Assembly: GCA_051294375.1 (NCBI GenBank)
Contig: CM119271.1
Span: 3,255,061-3,319,060, forward strand
Source: Paraspadella gotoi
Lineage: Eukaryota; Animalia; Chaetognatha
Direction of reading: 5' to 3'
Length of the DNA stretch: 64,000 nucleotides
The first letter of the stretch is position 1; each line of letters opens with the position of its first letter. Under the pieces are notes generated by a model that was not told where the DNA came from, did not search any database, and worked only from the letters and a program-made list of their open reading frames with translations. Shown here piece after piece: positions 26,915 through 40,300 of this stretch. Position numbers and translations under genes: made by a program.

Positions 26915-28156
26915 CTTGGAATATGTTTTTGTATTTCGTCCTATTTTTTTTGATAACATTACGATAATCGTCGGGAGATTTTGTTTAATTTTAATTTTCG
27001 TAAAATCATAAACTTAGTTTTCACAACATCCGATCGATTCTTTAGTAGTTTCCGTTGTTTTAATTTTTTTGCCAGCTCATTACTGAATATTAAATTTACA
27101 AATATTAGGCTTTGATTGCGTAAATTTGTATCAAATTAATCCGCCCTCAGATTTGCAACGACGCATGCCGACATTTATCACATTCACAGGAATTAAGTTG
27201 AGAAAAGACGTTTATTGGTCTCCCCATGACGGAAAGACACCAAATGCATTGTTGAACTAAAGTTGTAGGATGATTGTTGGATTATTTAAGTGCATGTCGC
27301 CCTTAGCTTTTGTCTATAAAAGTTTTCCCGGGTTTCCATCAAAACTTTAAGGTCACGTGATAGTCGGCAGGTTGTCCCTTGAGGCGGATTTAAAGGACAT
27401 CAATTCACGAAAGACGTCGATGCAATCATGAAAAACCGAGTACCTCGATATATGGCACTTTTGTCTTTATCTTAGCATTTTCAATTATTGAATACTCTTT
27501 TCAGAGAAGGGTCGGTTTATAACCCATAAAGCTACGTTGACTTCATATTTAAACTACGTACGTATTACGATATAAAATAGGCTTGAAATTTTCTCAAAAA
27601 AATATATATTTCGTTCAATTTATTAATATCAAACAAGTGAGCATGTCTAGCAATACTTCATTTAATGCCAAATGCGTAGTCCAAAATAAAAAGGATTAGC
27701 AATTCTTACGTACAGAAGTTGAATTACATTATCAGAGAATAAAATACATTCCAATTATATTCCATTACAACGTCACTGAATACACTGTACTGCGATAGTA
27801 TTTAAGAAGAAAAATGATATCATTAGACTAGTAAAATAATTAAAATGACTTAGGATACAAACATAAATATCAAAACTACTAATTATTTGTTTACATGAAC
27901 ATAGATATCAACTGTGAGTGTTCAGGAATGTGACAGCGAATGTTCAACTATAAGTTAATTTCGATCATAAAGTTAATGGAAATATTAAAATAGGATAACA
28001 GCCAGGTTTTAACCAGAAGGATTTTTTTCGAAAATAGGTAGGCTAATGTACAAAAATAATGCCGCATACCAATCCGAAATCAAAAGTACCTCGAGAAATA
28101 AATGCATAAACAATTTTAAACATTAACATTGTTCAAAAAAAAACTAAATGCGACGC

Positions 28157-31100
28157 TCAAAACGGGCGCCAATCCCGACGAAAAGTCAGCTTCTTGCGGC
28201 AAGCGATGCTGCAAAATTCTTGGCCCTCTTCAGTGACTTTGCCGCAGGGACAGTAGAAATTCAGCAGCTCTTTCCCGTTGGAAACGAATTTTATCTGTAG
28301 GAAGGGAACTTCGGTCTCACCTGAAAAAAAAAATTAATATCAATAAGAAATTATAATGTATATATTACAAACACTGCATGATGTAAAAAGAAAATCTCAC
28401 CAGCGTCGACGAGCTGATCCGCTGTGAAGCTCTTTTCCTCCCAGGGAGTCAAAGCCACGAAGGCCGTCGTCGACGACACGAAGGTGTGCTCGCGGAAGAG
28501 TTGGCGGGGCCTCTCCTCCGATGCTGCAAACGGACAAAATGAGGTAAACGGAATGCGTTAAAAATCGACAATTACAATAAAAGACATTATTTTACAAAAT
28601 TTCCGAATTCATGATTTACAAAAGTTTTTTTCTCATACTGTAAATAATAATAATAATAGTTCTCGTTCACAACTCACTCAGCATCGCCACGACGTCGGCC
28701 ATCTTGGATGCGCCCCTTTTTTCGCTCAAGACGGAAGAGGCAGTGGAACGCCGCCCCGCTTGATTGGGGAGACCTCCTGGGTTGCCCATTCCTATCGGCG
28801 TGTTGGGTCCTTTTCGGGTGACGACGTCAAAAGTTCGTTCTCGATGGCGAGTCGCCTGGAGGAGACAATTGGGAGAGAAAATTCATTAACAGTTCAATCG
28901 CATTCTTTTATCATTTTTCTCTTTATTTTTGTATTTTTGTATTTTATTTTTTTGTATTTTTTAAAATCTTTTTAACATTATCCTTTAGACTCTCCCTCAT
29001 TCCTTTACCATCTTCGCCTCGTTTTTCCGAGTGAGAAACAAAAAAGGTTTGTCCTTGAAGATAGTGGGAAGATTTTCGTTTATTCGCTCGCGCAGTTCGT
29101 TAACTTTCAGGCACCCGCCGACACCGCTGCTGCCGCCGACAAAGCTGCTGCCGTCGCCGCTTCTTATGTCAAGATTTCGAACGAGTACCTGCGAGCCATG
29201 TAATTATTTAAATGATATACATGGTATTAACATGGTATTAAGTTATTAGCATATAAGGAGGAAAGACTGTGAAACAGACAATGACGTGACACCTGCGTCG
29301 CTTCGGTCGCGTTGTGTTTGACGCGACACACGTCGACGAACGAAGGCGTGCAAGCGGCGGCGTCGTCGGCAGGAGGAGGCGTGTCGGAAGAGGAGTCGGG
29401 AGGCGGAGTGGAGCCGACCGAAGGAGATTCGTCGACGGGATTGAAAGAAGGAACCGGAAGATCGATAGAGGGAGACCGAGGTGGAAGAGGAAGAGGAGGC
29501 AAAGGAGCATCTTGAGACGAGGACGAGGCTGAAGGAGAGTCTGCATTCGAGATTAGTTTATAAAAAAAAAATAGAAAAATTGTAAATTTGAGAAAAGAGT
29601 TTGAGCGTTAATTTTTTTGCGAAAACTAATGTTAAATTATTAATAAGATAAGCTTCGCAGGCGGGCAGAGAAAGAAGATTTTTCTAACCTAAAAAATACA
29701 AGAGGATAGTGAGAGAAAAGCCTTTGTGATCCGTGATCCGTAACAATTGTAAACTTGTGAAGTGCGAAGGTTATTTTCTTTCGGTTTTTCAGTTCTTCCT
29801 CTCTCGACTCAGTTGGTCCGTCGAGGAACGGCCGTACCTTTGTCCGTTGAACTGAGGGGAATGAAAAGGGAAAGGGGAAATGAGGGGGAAGGTAAGGGTC
29901 GGGAGAGGGTAAGGGTAATTAATGGGTGTTAATGCAAGAGAAAGAGATTTTTGAGACTGAGGCGAGGTAAGCTTTAAGTTTGATAGTGAATGAGGGGCGT
30001 TAAGAGAAGAGAAAAGAAAAGAAGATAGAAAAAAGAAAAGAGACAAGAAAAAAAGAAAAGAGACAAGAAAAGAGACAAGAAAAAAGGAAAAGAGACAAGA
30101 AAAAAAGAAAAGAAAAAGAAAAAAAAAGAGACAAGAAAAGAGAAAAGAAAATAAAAAACAAAACAAAAGAGACAAGAAAAGAAAAAAGAGAAAAGAAAAG
30201 AGAGAAGAAAAGAGAAAAAAATGAAAAGAGACAAGATAAGAAAAAAAAAGACAAGAAAAGAGAAAAGAAAAGAGACAAAAGGAAAAAAAGGAAAAAAAGT
30301 AAAGAAAAAAAAAGAAAAGAAAAAAGAAAAAAAAACAAGAAAAGAGAAACAAGAAAAGAAAAAGAAAAAAAGAAAAGAGACAAAAAAAGAAAAAAAAAAA
30401 AAGAAAAAAAAGAGACAAGAAAAGAAAAGAGACAAGAAAAAGAGAGAGAGAGCGAGAGAGCAAAAGAGAAAGGAAGAGAGAGAATAGAAACCGAATTGTA
30501 AAGCTGCTCTTCTTGTTTTCCTTTTCTCCTTCACCTCTCTCCCAACGCGCGATCCGAGTACAGATCCGGCGATCCCGGCGTCGACGGTCTCTCGAAAGAC
30601 GGCGCCGTCGCCTCGATCGGCGGCGTCGTCGGCATCTCCAGCGTCGTCGAGGACGAGGCGACGGCGCCGGGGGGCGTGGCGGAGTTGTAACCCGAGGATG
30701 CCGTCTCGTGGACGCGCGTTACGTCAACGTCTTTGGAGTCGGAAATGCGGTTGGCCGAGTTGCGTCTGGAAAAGAGAATGAGAGAGAGGGGGGGGGAGAA
30801 TGTGAGAATAAGAGTGAGTTAGAGAGAGAAATGAAGAGAGAGCGAGAGAAGGGAGGGATAGAGAGTTGGAGAGAGAAAAGCAAGCAAGCATGAAAGAAAG
30901 AAAGAAAGAATCAATGAAAGAAAGAAAGAAAGAAAGAATCAATGAAAGAAATTAAGAAAGAAAGAAAGACAGAAAGAAAGAAAAAAAGGAAGAAATAAAG
31001 AATAAATAAAGTGACTGTTAAACTGGTTTACTTCTTGAAAAAGGAGAAGGGTCCGGACGGCGTTGGACTTCGAGACGATTTGCCAGCTGAGAAACAAATA

Positions 31101-31303
31101 CATTGTTTACAAATTTAAATAAAAAAAAAAATTCTGAAAATAATTCATAAAATAAAATGGAAATTCATACATTTCTTGGAAAAGAGACTCTCGCCCTTTT
31201 TCTTCTTCCAGTAGAAATAGACAAAGACGGCGATGATTACGACGGCGAGAATGACGATGATGACGATGCCGGCGATCAGGCCAGGGCTGAGGCCTGTCGG
31301 CGC
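28157..31303 (-). CDS. TM and cytoplasmic-tail exons of paralog B
   Basis: Exons 31171-31303, ~31032-31086, 30535-30765, 29838-29851, 29293-29540, 29009-29188, 28678-28855, 28401-28523 and 28157-28320 join in frame with matching phases, ending ...FYCPCGKVTEEGQEFCSIACRKKLTFRRDWRPF*. Confidence 0.75.
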
Positions 31304-34300
31304 CTGGGGGTAATAATTATATGGTTAATTTAATAATCGAAGTTATGTCCCACGATTTTTCATAACACGTTATACTAATTATTGTAATTATGATTTTTTT
31401 AAAATTATTTTTGAATTATTACAATGATTTTTTTTTTATAGTTTAGTTTCCTACCAATTCCGGTGGCAAGGTGGTTCCGATCGGAACTGCGGAAGTGCCC
31501 GTCCAGGTGCGTCCGTCGAAGTTGAACTTGAAGGCGGAGTCGCCGACGGCTTTGTCGATGGAGTCGCCGACGGCCTGGATATCGTTGAATTGGCCCGCCA
31601 ACTCGAACTCAACGTTGACAGATCCTGAAGGAGCGGTTGAATAAGCGGTTTCGTTTTGTTTTATTATTTATATATATATATATATTTAAATATTATTATT
31701 TCTTTTATACTTAATAAAATTAATATAATAATAATCTTATAATTATAATTAATATTTATTAATTATTATGAATAACAACGATCAAAACACCTTTAGTGAT
31801 GATAAGATTCCTGATCTCATTGCCTTTCGCGAAATTCACGTAAACATAATTGAAAATCGTGATTTCAAAATCCTCGATTTGATTTTCGATCAGTGAGAAC
31901 TCGTAGGGAAACACGATCTGGAAATTATTTGACACACGGTTCATTGTAGCCTAAATGGAAACGCATCATTACACATTTATTATATATTTTTTTACCTTCA
32001 CAGCAAGAGTGTAAAGAATTTCGTTCGGGTCGTAGCCCGCGGAATGTACAGTGACGGGAACTTCGTCCACGAATTTCCATTTAGAGGGCGCGCTCTCTGC
32101 TTCGACCAACAAGACGTACCTAAATAAAAAAACAAAAAAAACAAAAGAAAATAAAAGACGGGCGCTAATCATTTAATATCAATTTCGGGCGTTTTTTTTT
32201 TTTTAATTCAGATCATTAGTCATTAACAACCGACAAGTTTCGGACTCGATCTAGCAACATTCTAAACAAAGCAAACGAGACTTAAACAGTAAACAGTAAA
32301 CAAAACAGTAAATAAAACAGTAAACAAACTGACCTTCCACCCGCGGTGAAACCGACATCGCTGAAGACAGCTTTGGATGCTGTAGCGTTGATCGGTATTT
32401 CTTGTGATCCGGTGATCAGAGACCCAATAAAGTCGATCCCTTGTTTCAGCGACAACTTCGCCGTCCACCCATGATTCTTCCAACCTGGAAACGCGCAATT
32501 TTTTTTTTTTTTTGTGGGGGGGGGCATTTTCGGAAGCGGTATTTTTGGAAAAGTTTGACAAAAGGAACAATGGTAAATAGCGATAGTTTAGGTTAACCGC
32601 TAGTTATGTTTGCTTAATCAAGTGCAACAGTTTCCGAGGCCAAAATTAGAAAATTAACCTTCTTAAAACAACTTTCTTTCAAAGTTTCAACAAAGATTAG
32701 GACTAAGAGTGAGACAACGACTCCAAACGCCTACCGATGTCGTAGGCCGGCTCAGCGAATTGTTTGCCGAGCGTGTCCACTTGAGCCGAGTCCGCGATGA
32801 CGACCTCCAAGTTTTGAGTTTCGTTGCCGCGGAAGTCCACGAATGGCAGAGAATAGTTGCGCGAGACAACCATCTCCAACTTTCGTTCGGTCACCGTGAT
32901 AGGGTCGGAATCGATCTGAGAGTAGGGACGTGGGCAAATCCGAGATAAATCTAATTAAAATTCGGGAACGCCAAGGATAAATTAGAGTAAATCTTAATTT
33001 TTAAGTCAATTGATTAATCCCCCCCAAAAAATGGAAACGGTGTCGGTGGCAGTATATTCACAGCCAAACCTCGTCCTCGTTCAGTCAATCCCAGTGGCCG
33101 CAGCCACACCATGCCAACCGTTCGTCCCGCCTTGTCGACAAAGCGTGACGGTACTGGACCACTACTGGTGCAACAACGAAAGTGGCAGGCATAGCCTTTG
33201 AGAGTCCGAAGGCTTCAATCCTAACCCCTCCGCTCAGGACCCTCACCGTGTTCAGCGAATTGTTGGACGGTTTGACTATTTGGAACCGAATGACGTAACC
33301 CGATCCGGCGTGGGAGATGCCGAGGTCTTCGAAAGTGGCGACGCCGAGTCTGAAGGGAACTTCGACCTCTCCGACGAGCTCGGCATCTGGATCGCCCTTT
33401 GCAATTAAAGTCGCTCTCGCCCGCCAGGGTGAGTAGATGCTGCCCAGCAGATCGACCCATTCGTTCTCATTGTCTTTCACTCTGAAAGGAGAAAATGTCC
33501 CGGTCATTAATTGAATATATTATTATATTATGGTGGACTAAAATCCACCAACCGTTCATCAACGGCCATTCGTGCAAGAGGCAAGTCATTCGACTGCCAA
33601 CCCAAAGGTCCGGGGTTCTAGACCTGTGGTCGCCTAGTAGTTAAGAGGCGCTTAACCCGCCTGTAACAGCCTGATCCCAAGCTCAGAGACTGCTTAATAT
33701 AAGTACTTATTAAGCAGTGCTTATATTGAACGTTTCTGTCACTAACACACAACAATCATTAGTGTTCATAGTATTCATTACTGTCTCTTGAGCTAGACTT
33801 CCGAACACAACAGCAACAACAAAACTTTCAGGCGACATGCCTCAACCTGGCGACGCACTTTCCGTCAGCAAGACATCAGGCGACATGCCTCAACTTGGTG
33901 ACGAACTTTCCACCAACAACAACAATTCACTGAAGAGACGCAACAGACTTCTCCCTATGGGAGGGGGGGATGTATGGTGGACTAAAATCCACCAACCATT
34001 CATCAGCGGCCATTGGTGCAGGAGGCAAGCAATTCGCCTCCCAACCCAAAGAGGGTCGGGGCGCTTAACCCGATTATAACACAGCCTGATCCGAAGCTAA
34101 GGGACTGCTTATATTGAACGGTTCTGTCACTAACACACAACAATCATTACTGTCTCTTCAATATATACATATAATCGTATAATATAAAAAGAAAATCAGG
34201 AAATATGAATAATTTTAATGTCAGTCGATCGATGCGCTTACCTCAGCTCAGCTGAGACCGCCATCGGCGCGCCCTCCTGAGCTCCAACCGGCCGCTTCGT

Positions 34301-37300
34301 AAACAGCATTGTTTTCGGAATTCTTATGGTCAACAAAGCGGGTTTGTCTGAAACGAGCAAACGATAATTGATCAAAAAGACTTTCGATTTATCATTATAC
34401 AATATACAATTATACATAAGACATACAGTAGCAAGCGTCAAGAATTTCTGAGACGGCAAGCTTTATAACTCCGATACGTTAAGGTATAAAGCGGAATTTT
34501 TTGGAAAATACTGGTCATGTGGTCATGTATCTCGCAACTCCTCTCTTCGGTTAGTCAATGCTATATTGTCACCTCTGGGACAACAAAATTCAAATATAAA
34601 GGATTCCTCAGCAGAAAGTCATCGTTGGCGACTCGGAGGTCAAACCTGTGGCATTTTCGCTAGTTAGATCCTCCCACTCCTTAGATCCCGGCTCCGGAGG
34701 CGGCTCCGCAACCGCCACACCGGAAATGGTGGTGTTCAGACTCGAGGCCAAAGAGTCCGTCAACACCCCGCTTTGGAAGCCGTCCACGATGGCCGATGAG
34801 ATAGACTGAGTAAGAGAGAGACAACGTTAGATACATTCAAAATCATCCTCATGGAAGGATAATTGATAAACATATTATGGTTTTGAAAAACTATTTTATA
34901 TTTTGTACATATACCCCGTGTCCGTTCGTGAGTGACACCAAAAAAAATGCGTAACATTCGTCAATGGACGAATAATTGAATATTCTTTAAATTTTCTTTT
35001 TTCATTCTATGACAAAGTACTGGACGTTTATTAAATTTTAATTTCATAAAATTAATTTTATATTTACTTAGGTAATATAACCTTTCTTTAATGGTCTTAC
35101 AATTTCATCTTCAGTAAAAAACTGAATTAAAAAAAAAAGAAAATCATTATAAATTAATTACTCATTAATTACTTAAAATTATTGAAATTCATTTACACCA
35201 TTAAATGAAGTATTAACTAGGAATCCTTATGATATAAAATAATTATTCAAGATAATAAAAAACATGGTCAGGACAGCATTTTTTTCATTTAGACGAATTG
35301 TACAAAAAAAACTTAAGAATTTCAAATAAAAAATAAATATAAAATCATTACTCAAAAATTTATAAACATTACTATAATTCCGATACGCCATTCATTAGAC
35401 TATTAATAGGGATTTCTTATGATGTAAGATTTTTATTTAATGCAATCAAGAACATGCCTAAAATGTTCTTTTTCACCAATTTTTCTGTGTTAGATAAAAA
35501 ATTAAACATAGTATAGTAAATGAATTAAACAATAAATGAAACTTATACATAAAAAAGTCAAGTAGTTCTCCAACTAATGATATACTTATGAATTATATTT
35601 ATTAAATATTTAAAGTAAAGTAAATATTTTTTTGGTGTCACTCGCGAACGGACATGGTTTATGTTTATATGTTTTACAGTATATCAACAATACATCCTGG
35701 GATTTATCCTATAAACCTACCTTGAGTGCATCCGTCCCAAGCAACGGAACTGTTCCGGGAGGTGGTGGCGTCGTAGTCGTCGTTGTTGTGGTATATCTGG
35801 AATAGAAAAGTAATAACAAAACTTAACTAAACTCAAGATTAATTAATAGAGTTCTTTCGCATATAATATAAAATATAAATAACAATTAAGTCAAGTACGC
35901 AATTCCTAACCCATCAGGCGGCGTGGCCGGCGCTGGCGTGGTTGGAGGGTTGGATCCAGGCGGATCGCCGATCTGGAATTGAACCGTCTGCGTCTCTGCG
36001 GCGGCAGCGCGGCGTCGGCGTCGGCGGCTGGACTCTGAAACGACATCGACGATCCGTATCTTGTCCTTCGGAATGCCTGGGAAGAAGTGTATACTTAACT
36101 TCTCTCTCGCTAATTAAAGCCATTGTCTAACATAACATGCGTCGTAACAAACATTGAATAGATTAAAGAGCTATATATTAGTTTTGAATCTTATTGTTTG
36201 TTAGACAAACGTTTTTACAATTGTCAAAGCTAAACAGGACGTTCCGGGCTAAGACGGTTTTCCGTGGCGAAGATTTTAATTACCCAGTACCCACGCTCAC
36301 CAAGAAACAAAGCGATGTTGTTGATTATATTTTCACCAAAGAACTCGTCGACGGTCACTGCGGGCATGTTGAAAGAGACAACAACTACGGGCGCTACTTT
36401 AATATTTATGACTGATGAACCTTTGAGCACCACCCATATGAGTTTTACATCGCCTTCGAACCAATTGGCACCTGCAAAAACAAATACAACGAGTCTTACA
36501 ATATTAACGGAATTGAAATATTTATTAAAATGAATTCTTTCGACTAGTCTCTGCAAAGATACGTATCAAATTTTACTTTCCGCATTAAAGATTAACAAAC
36601 GGAAACGCTGACTTTCAATCTTTAATTATTCACACTCTTCAACAACCTAAGTCGTCCTCAAGGGTCGGCATGAAGTTTCCGATTCGGTGAAGATGTTGCT
36701 TGTCGTTTTTATAATAAGCGTTCTTGGGGTCGATGTATAAAGTATCAAGGTAAACGTCGAGGCGCTGGGCTACTGAATAGTAAAGGCCCACCACCAAAGA
36801 TTCCCTGGGATCCTCGCTAAGAAGGTGGAGCCTGGGAAAGGACGGATTAATTTTTTTTTTAAACTGCACTGTAACTCCAAATTTAAATTTTAAATCTTTA
36901 TACTAAAAGTACTTGCGATGACATTGAAAGATAAAAGAATTGTATTGATTTGAATTGATTGATTAATTGATTAAATAATCAATTAATTTATAAATAAATT
37001 GATTGATTGAATAATTAATTAATAGATAACTAAATAAATTGTTTGATTGAATAATTAATTGACCGATTGATTAATTATTTATTAATTAATTAATTGATTA
37101 ATTAACTGATTAATTTTTTTATTAATTAAAACATCTTGCATTTAAATTTAATATAAAACAAAAAGAATTATAATCAATTATAAAACAGGTTTTTTTGTTT
37201 TTTCCATTTAAACTCATTTCCACCCAGATGATTTTTATATTTTTATATCCAACTCAATCATACACTTCCCTACCCACACACAAAATTTAATTCCAATCCA

Positions 37301-40300
37301 TCCTTCCAATCACGAGTAATTGGAGTTTTTTGCTAAGGTGGGACGGACGGATAGACAGACAGACAGACAGACGGACATCATTTTTTTTTTGCCTATTTTA
37401 TCATAATTCGATGTTCTGACATGATATGAATGTCCGACAAGATTGAGGGGGCGGACCGACGGACCGACGAAGTGAATTATAGAGTCGGGATCTGCTGATA
37501 AGCAGATCCGACTAAAAAGTAAAAGGCTGACGCGAGAAGATACATAACCTTCTATCGCGCACAACTTCGGATCTGTCAGTATCGCCAATTAAAGGTGAAT
37601 TAATCGGACCGTCCCTCATCTGGTATGACTCAACAGGGCGAGAAACAAGCTTGAGCTAACTTTGCCACTAAAGTAGAATCACCGGTATGTCTCGGAGGAA
37701 TGGGGGTTTAAATTGAAACCTTAGATGTTGAGGCGACGTGCTTGAAAAGTAAATTTTGTAAGTTTGCTCCATTTGAACGATTGACCAAAACGTTGAGATC
37801 CGCTTCTGGCAAGTGTAGCCAAAACACCACCCGTGATCCTGTGGGCCGTTGACTAGGTATACATAGTCTACGAAAAAAAGGTGAAAAGACACGAGATGTT
37901 TGGCGTTCTTCTCTGTTCAAATGTTAAATAGACTTGTGACTAAGCGAGTATGCGCGGAGCTACTCTAGAAATACCCGCTTCATTTATGAAAATTGCAAAT
38001 TACTTGTTTCACTATCTTTAGATTTTTTTAGATTTAAAATTATTTATTATTTATGATCCTATTTATTTGTTATGATATTTTTATATTAATTATCTAAATC
38101 TAATATTATTTATCAATGTTTGGGATGAGGACGCTTCTGTTGTCTTCTGGAAATAGAGAGTGCATCTACACCACAGAAGGTTAGATTACTTTCTGCTCTG
38201 GTTCTCTAATAGATATCGTTCATCAGTCATGGTGGAAAATCATTAATGAGAAAATCATATCTAAAAGGCCGAACAAAAAGGGGAATGGTTAATTTTTGGG
38301 GATTAAGATTATATAATATATAGTATGATTGTTTTTATCATTAAGGATAAGATTACCTTGTAGAATCATATATTCTGATTAGGGATACATACTGGGGAAA
38401 GTTTTATAGGGGCTCCTTTATATTTTGAATGTAATTTTAAATTATATGTTAACACTTTTTTAGTTATTTAATGTCATTCTATGCTTCTTTTTATATATAT
38501 ATATTTTATATTATTTTTTAAGGAAAACAAAGGTCATCATTTGCAACGTATACCCTTCATGGATTTCCGCTCTTTAATCCCAACATCGAGGTATAGGCGA
38601 GCCATCTCCAAATGGTGAACATTCTAATCTTACATGCTGCATTTTGAATGTTTTTTTTATAAAAAGGCGGGAACTGAATAATTCACCTATATCTTATTAT
38701 CACAATATCTATTTATTTTAATTATTTGAAACTTATAAATTGGACGAAATTGGACGAATGCTACATGACTATCAATAAAGCATACTTTGTTAAAAACAAG
38801 TTTGAGCAAACAATGTCGGATCTGCCCACGATCATTATCGGTAATTAATTAATAAATAATTAATTATTTAATTAATTAATAATTAATTTATTCAAGTTAA
38901 TTATTTAATTAATTATGCAATTAATTTTATCCAAAATGTTTGTTTTGATTGATTAATTAACTGATTAATTAATTATTGATTAATTAATTCACTAATTGAT
39001 TAATTAACTAATTAATTTTTAATTAATTAATACATCTTGCATTTACATTTAAAATAAAAAGCAAAAAGAAAAAGAAGCATAATCAATTTGTTAAAGATAT
39101 TTAATGATTTTATCTTAGTTTAACTCTGTCCGTTCGAATCGAGGAAACGAACCTATATTTAGAGTCAGAATCGTGATTTAATAATTCCTGCTTTCCTATT
39201 GGTTTAAAGTTTCCTTATATTTCCTAACCTTAATTCTAGCTTCTATTTGGTCAAAATAGTATTTAAGAGATCTTAAACTTATTGAAACTAAGGTTTTTCT
39301 TGATTATATGATGCAACCAGGAGGTAATATTTTTGTTGAATATTTGAAATTATTGTGAAATTAATACTTAAATTCTCTTTAGATTTAAGCGTTTGTCCTC
39401 GCTTATTCACGTTTGTCCTCGCTTATTCACGTTTGTCCCGTCTATTCATGTTTGTCTTCGCTTATTCACGTTTGTCCTTATGTTTGTCTATATACGTTTA
39501 ATAATGTCAAATTTGAATCGCGTCTTTATTACTAAATGGAATTATAATTGGACTGCTTAAACCCTGTATAGCGTTTGTTTTATGAGAGAAAAACCCGCAA
39601 CACAATTAGTGAAACAGGTTCTTTGTTTTTTTCCATTTAAACTCATTTCCACTCAAACAATTCTATCGAGACTTGATTTCCAGTTTAATCACACACTTTT
39701 CTACCACATACACAAATTTAAAGTTAATCGCCCCATCCACTCATAAGTAATTGGTGTTCAAATGTGAAATATATTTTTTTGTTTTTTTCCATTTAAACTC
39801 ATTTCCACTCGGACGATTCCATCGAAACTTCAAATCCAGCTCAATCACACACTTCCCTACCCACACACAAAATTTCATTCCAATCCATCAATCCAATCAC
39901 GAGTATTTGTGTTTTTTGCTAAGGTAGGACGGACAGACGGACGAACAGACAGACGGACGGACCTAGTTTTTTTTGCATAATTTATCATAATTCGATGTTC
40001 TACATGATATAAGTGAATGCCCGACAAGATTGAGGGGCGGACCGAATGGACCGACCAAAGTGAATATTAGGGTCCGCGGATCTGCTTAAAGCAGATCCGA
40101 CAAAAAATTTCATAAAAAAACCTGTAAAATTGTTCCAAATCAAAACAGGAGATAGCCTTCTGGTTTCAGTATCGAAGTCCATAGATTCAATAACAATAAA
40201 GCGGTAATTTTTTTCCTCGCATTGTAAAGCCTATATGATTAATTTTACAAGTATGTAAAGCTTAGTAGTCTAAAGCTTTTACTTAAATTCGTCATTTAAA

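Noticed and set aside
27351-27360. GGTCACGTGA E-box/CLEAR-like motif upstream of paralog A
   Set aside because: A single short motif expected by chance; no supporting evidence.
29238-29546. ORF with a signal-peptide-like start (MLLCLLFLFHLGLPLSIF) as a separate gene
   Set aside because: Alternative frame of a Pro/Ser-rich tail exon of paralog B, whose splice phases fit the other frame.
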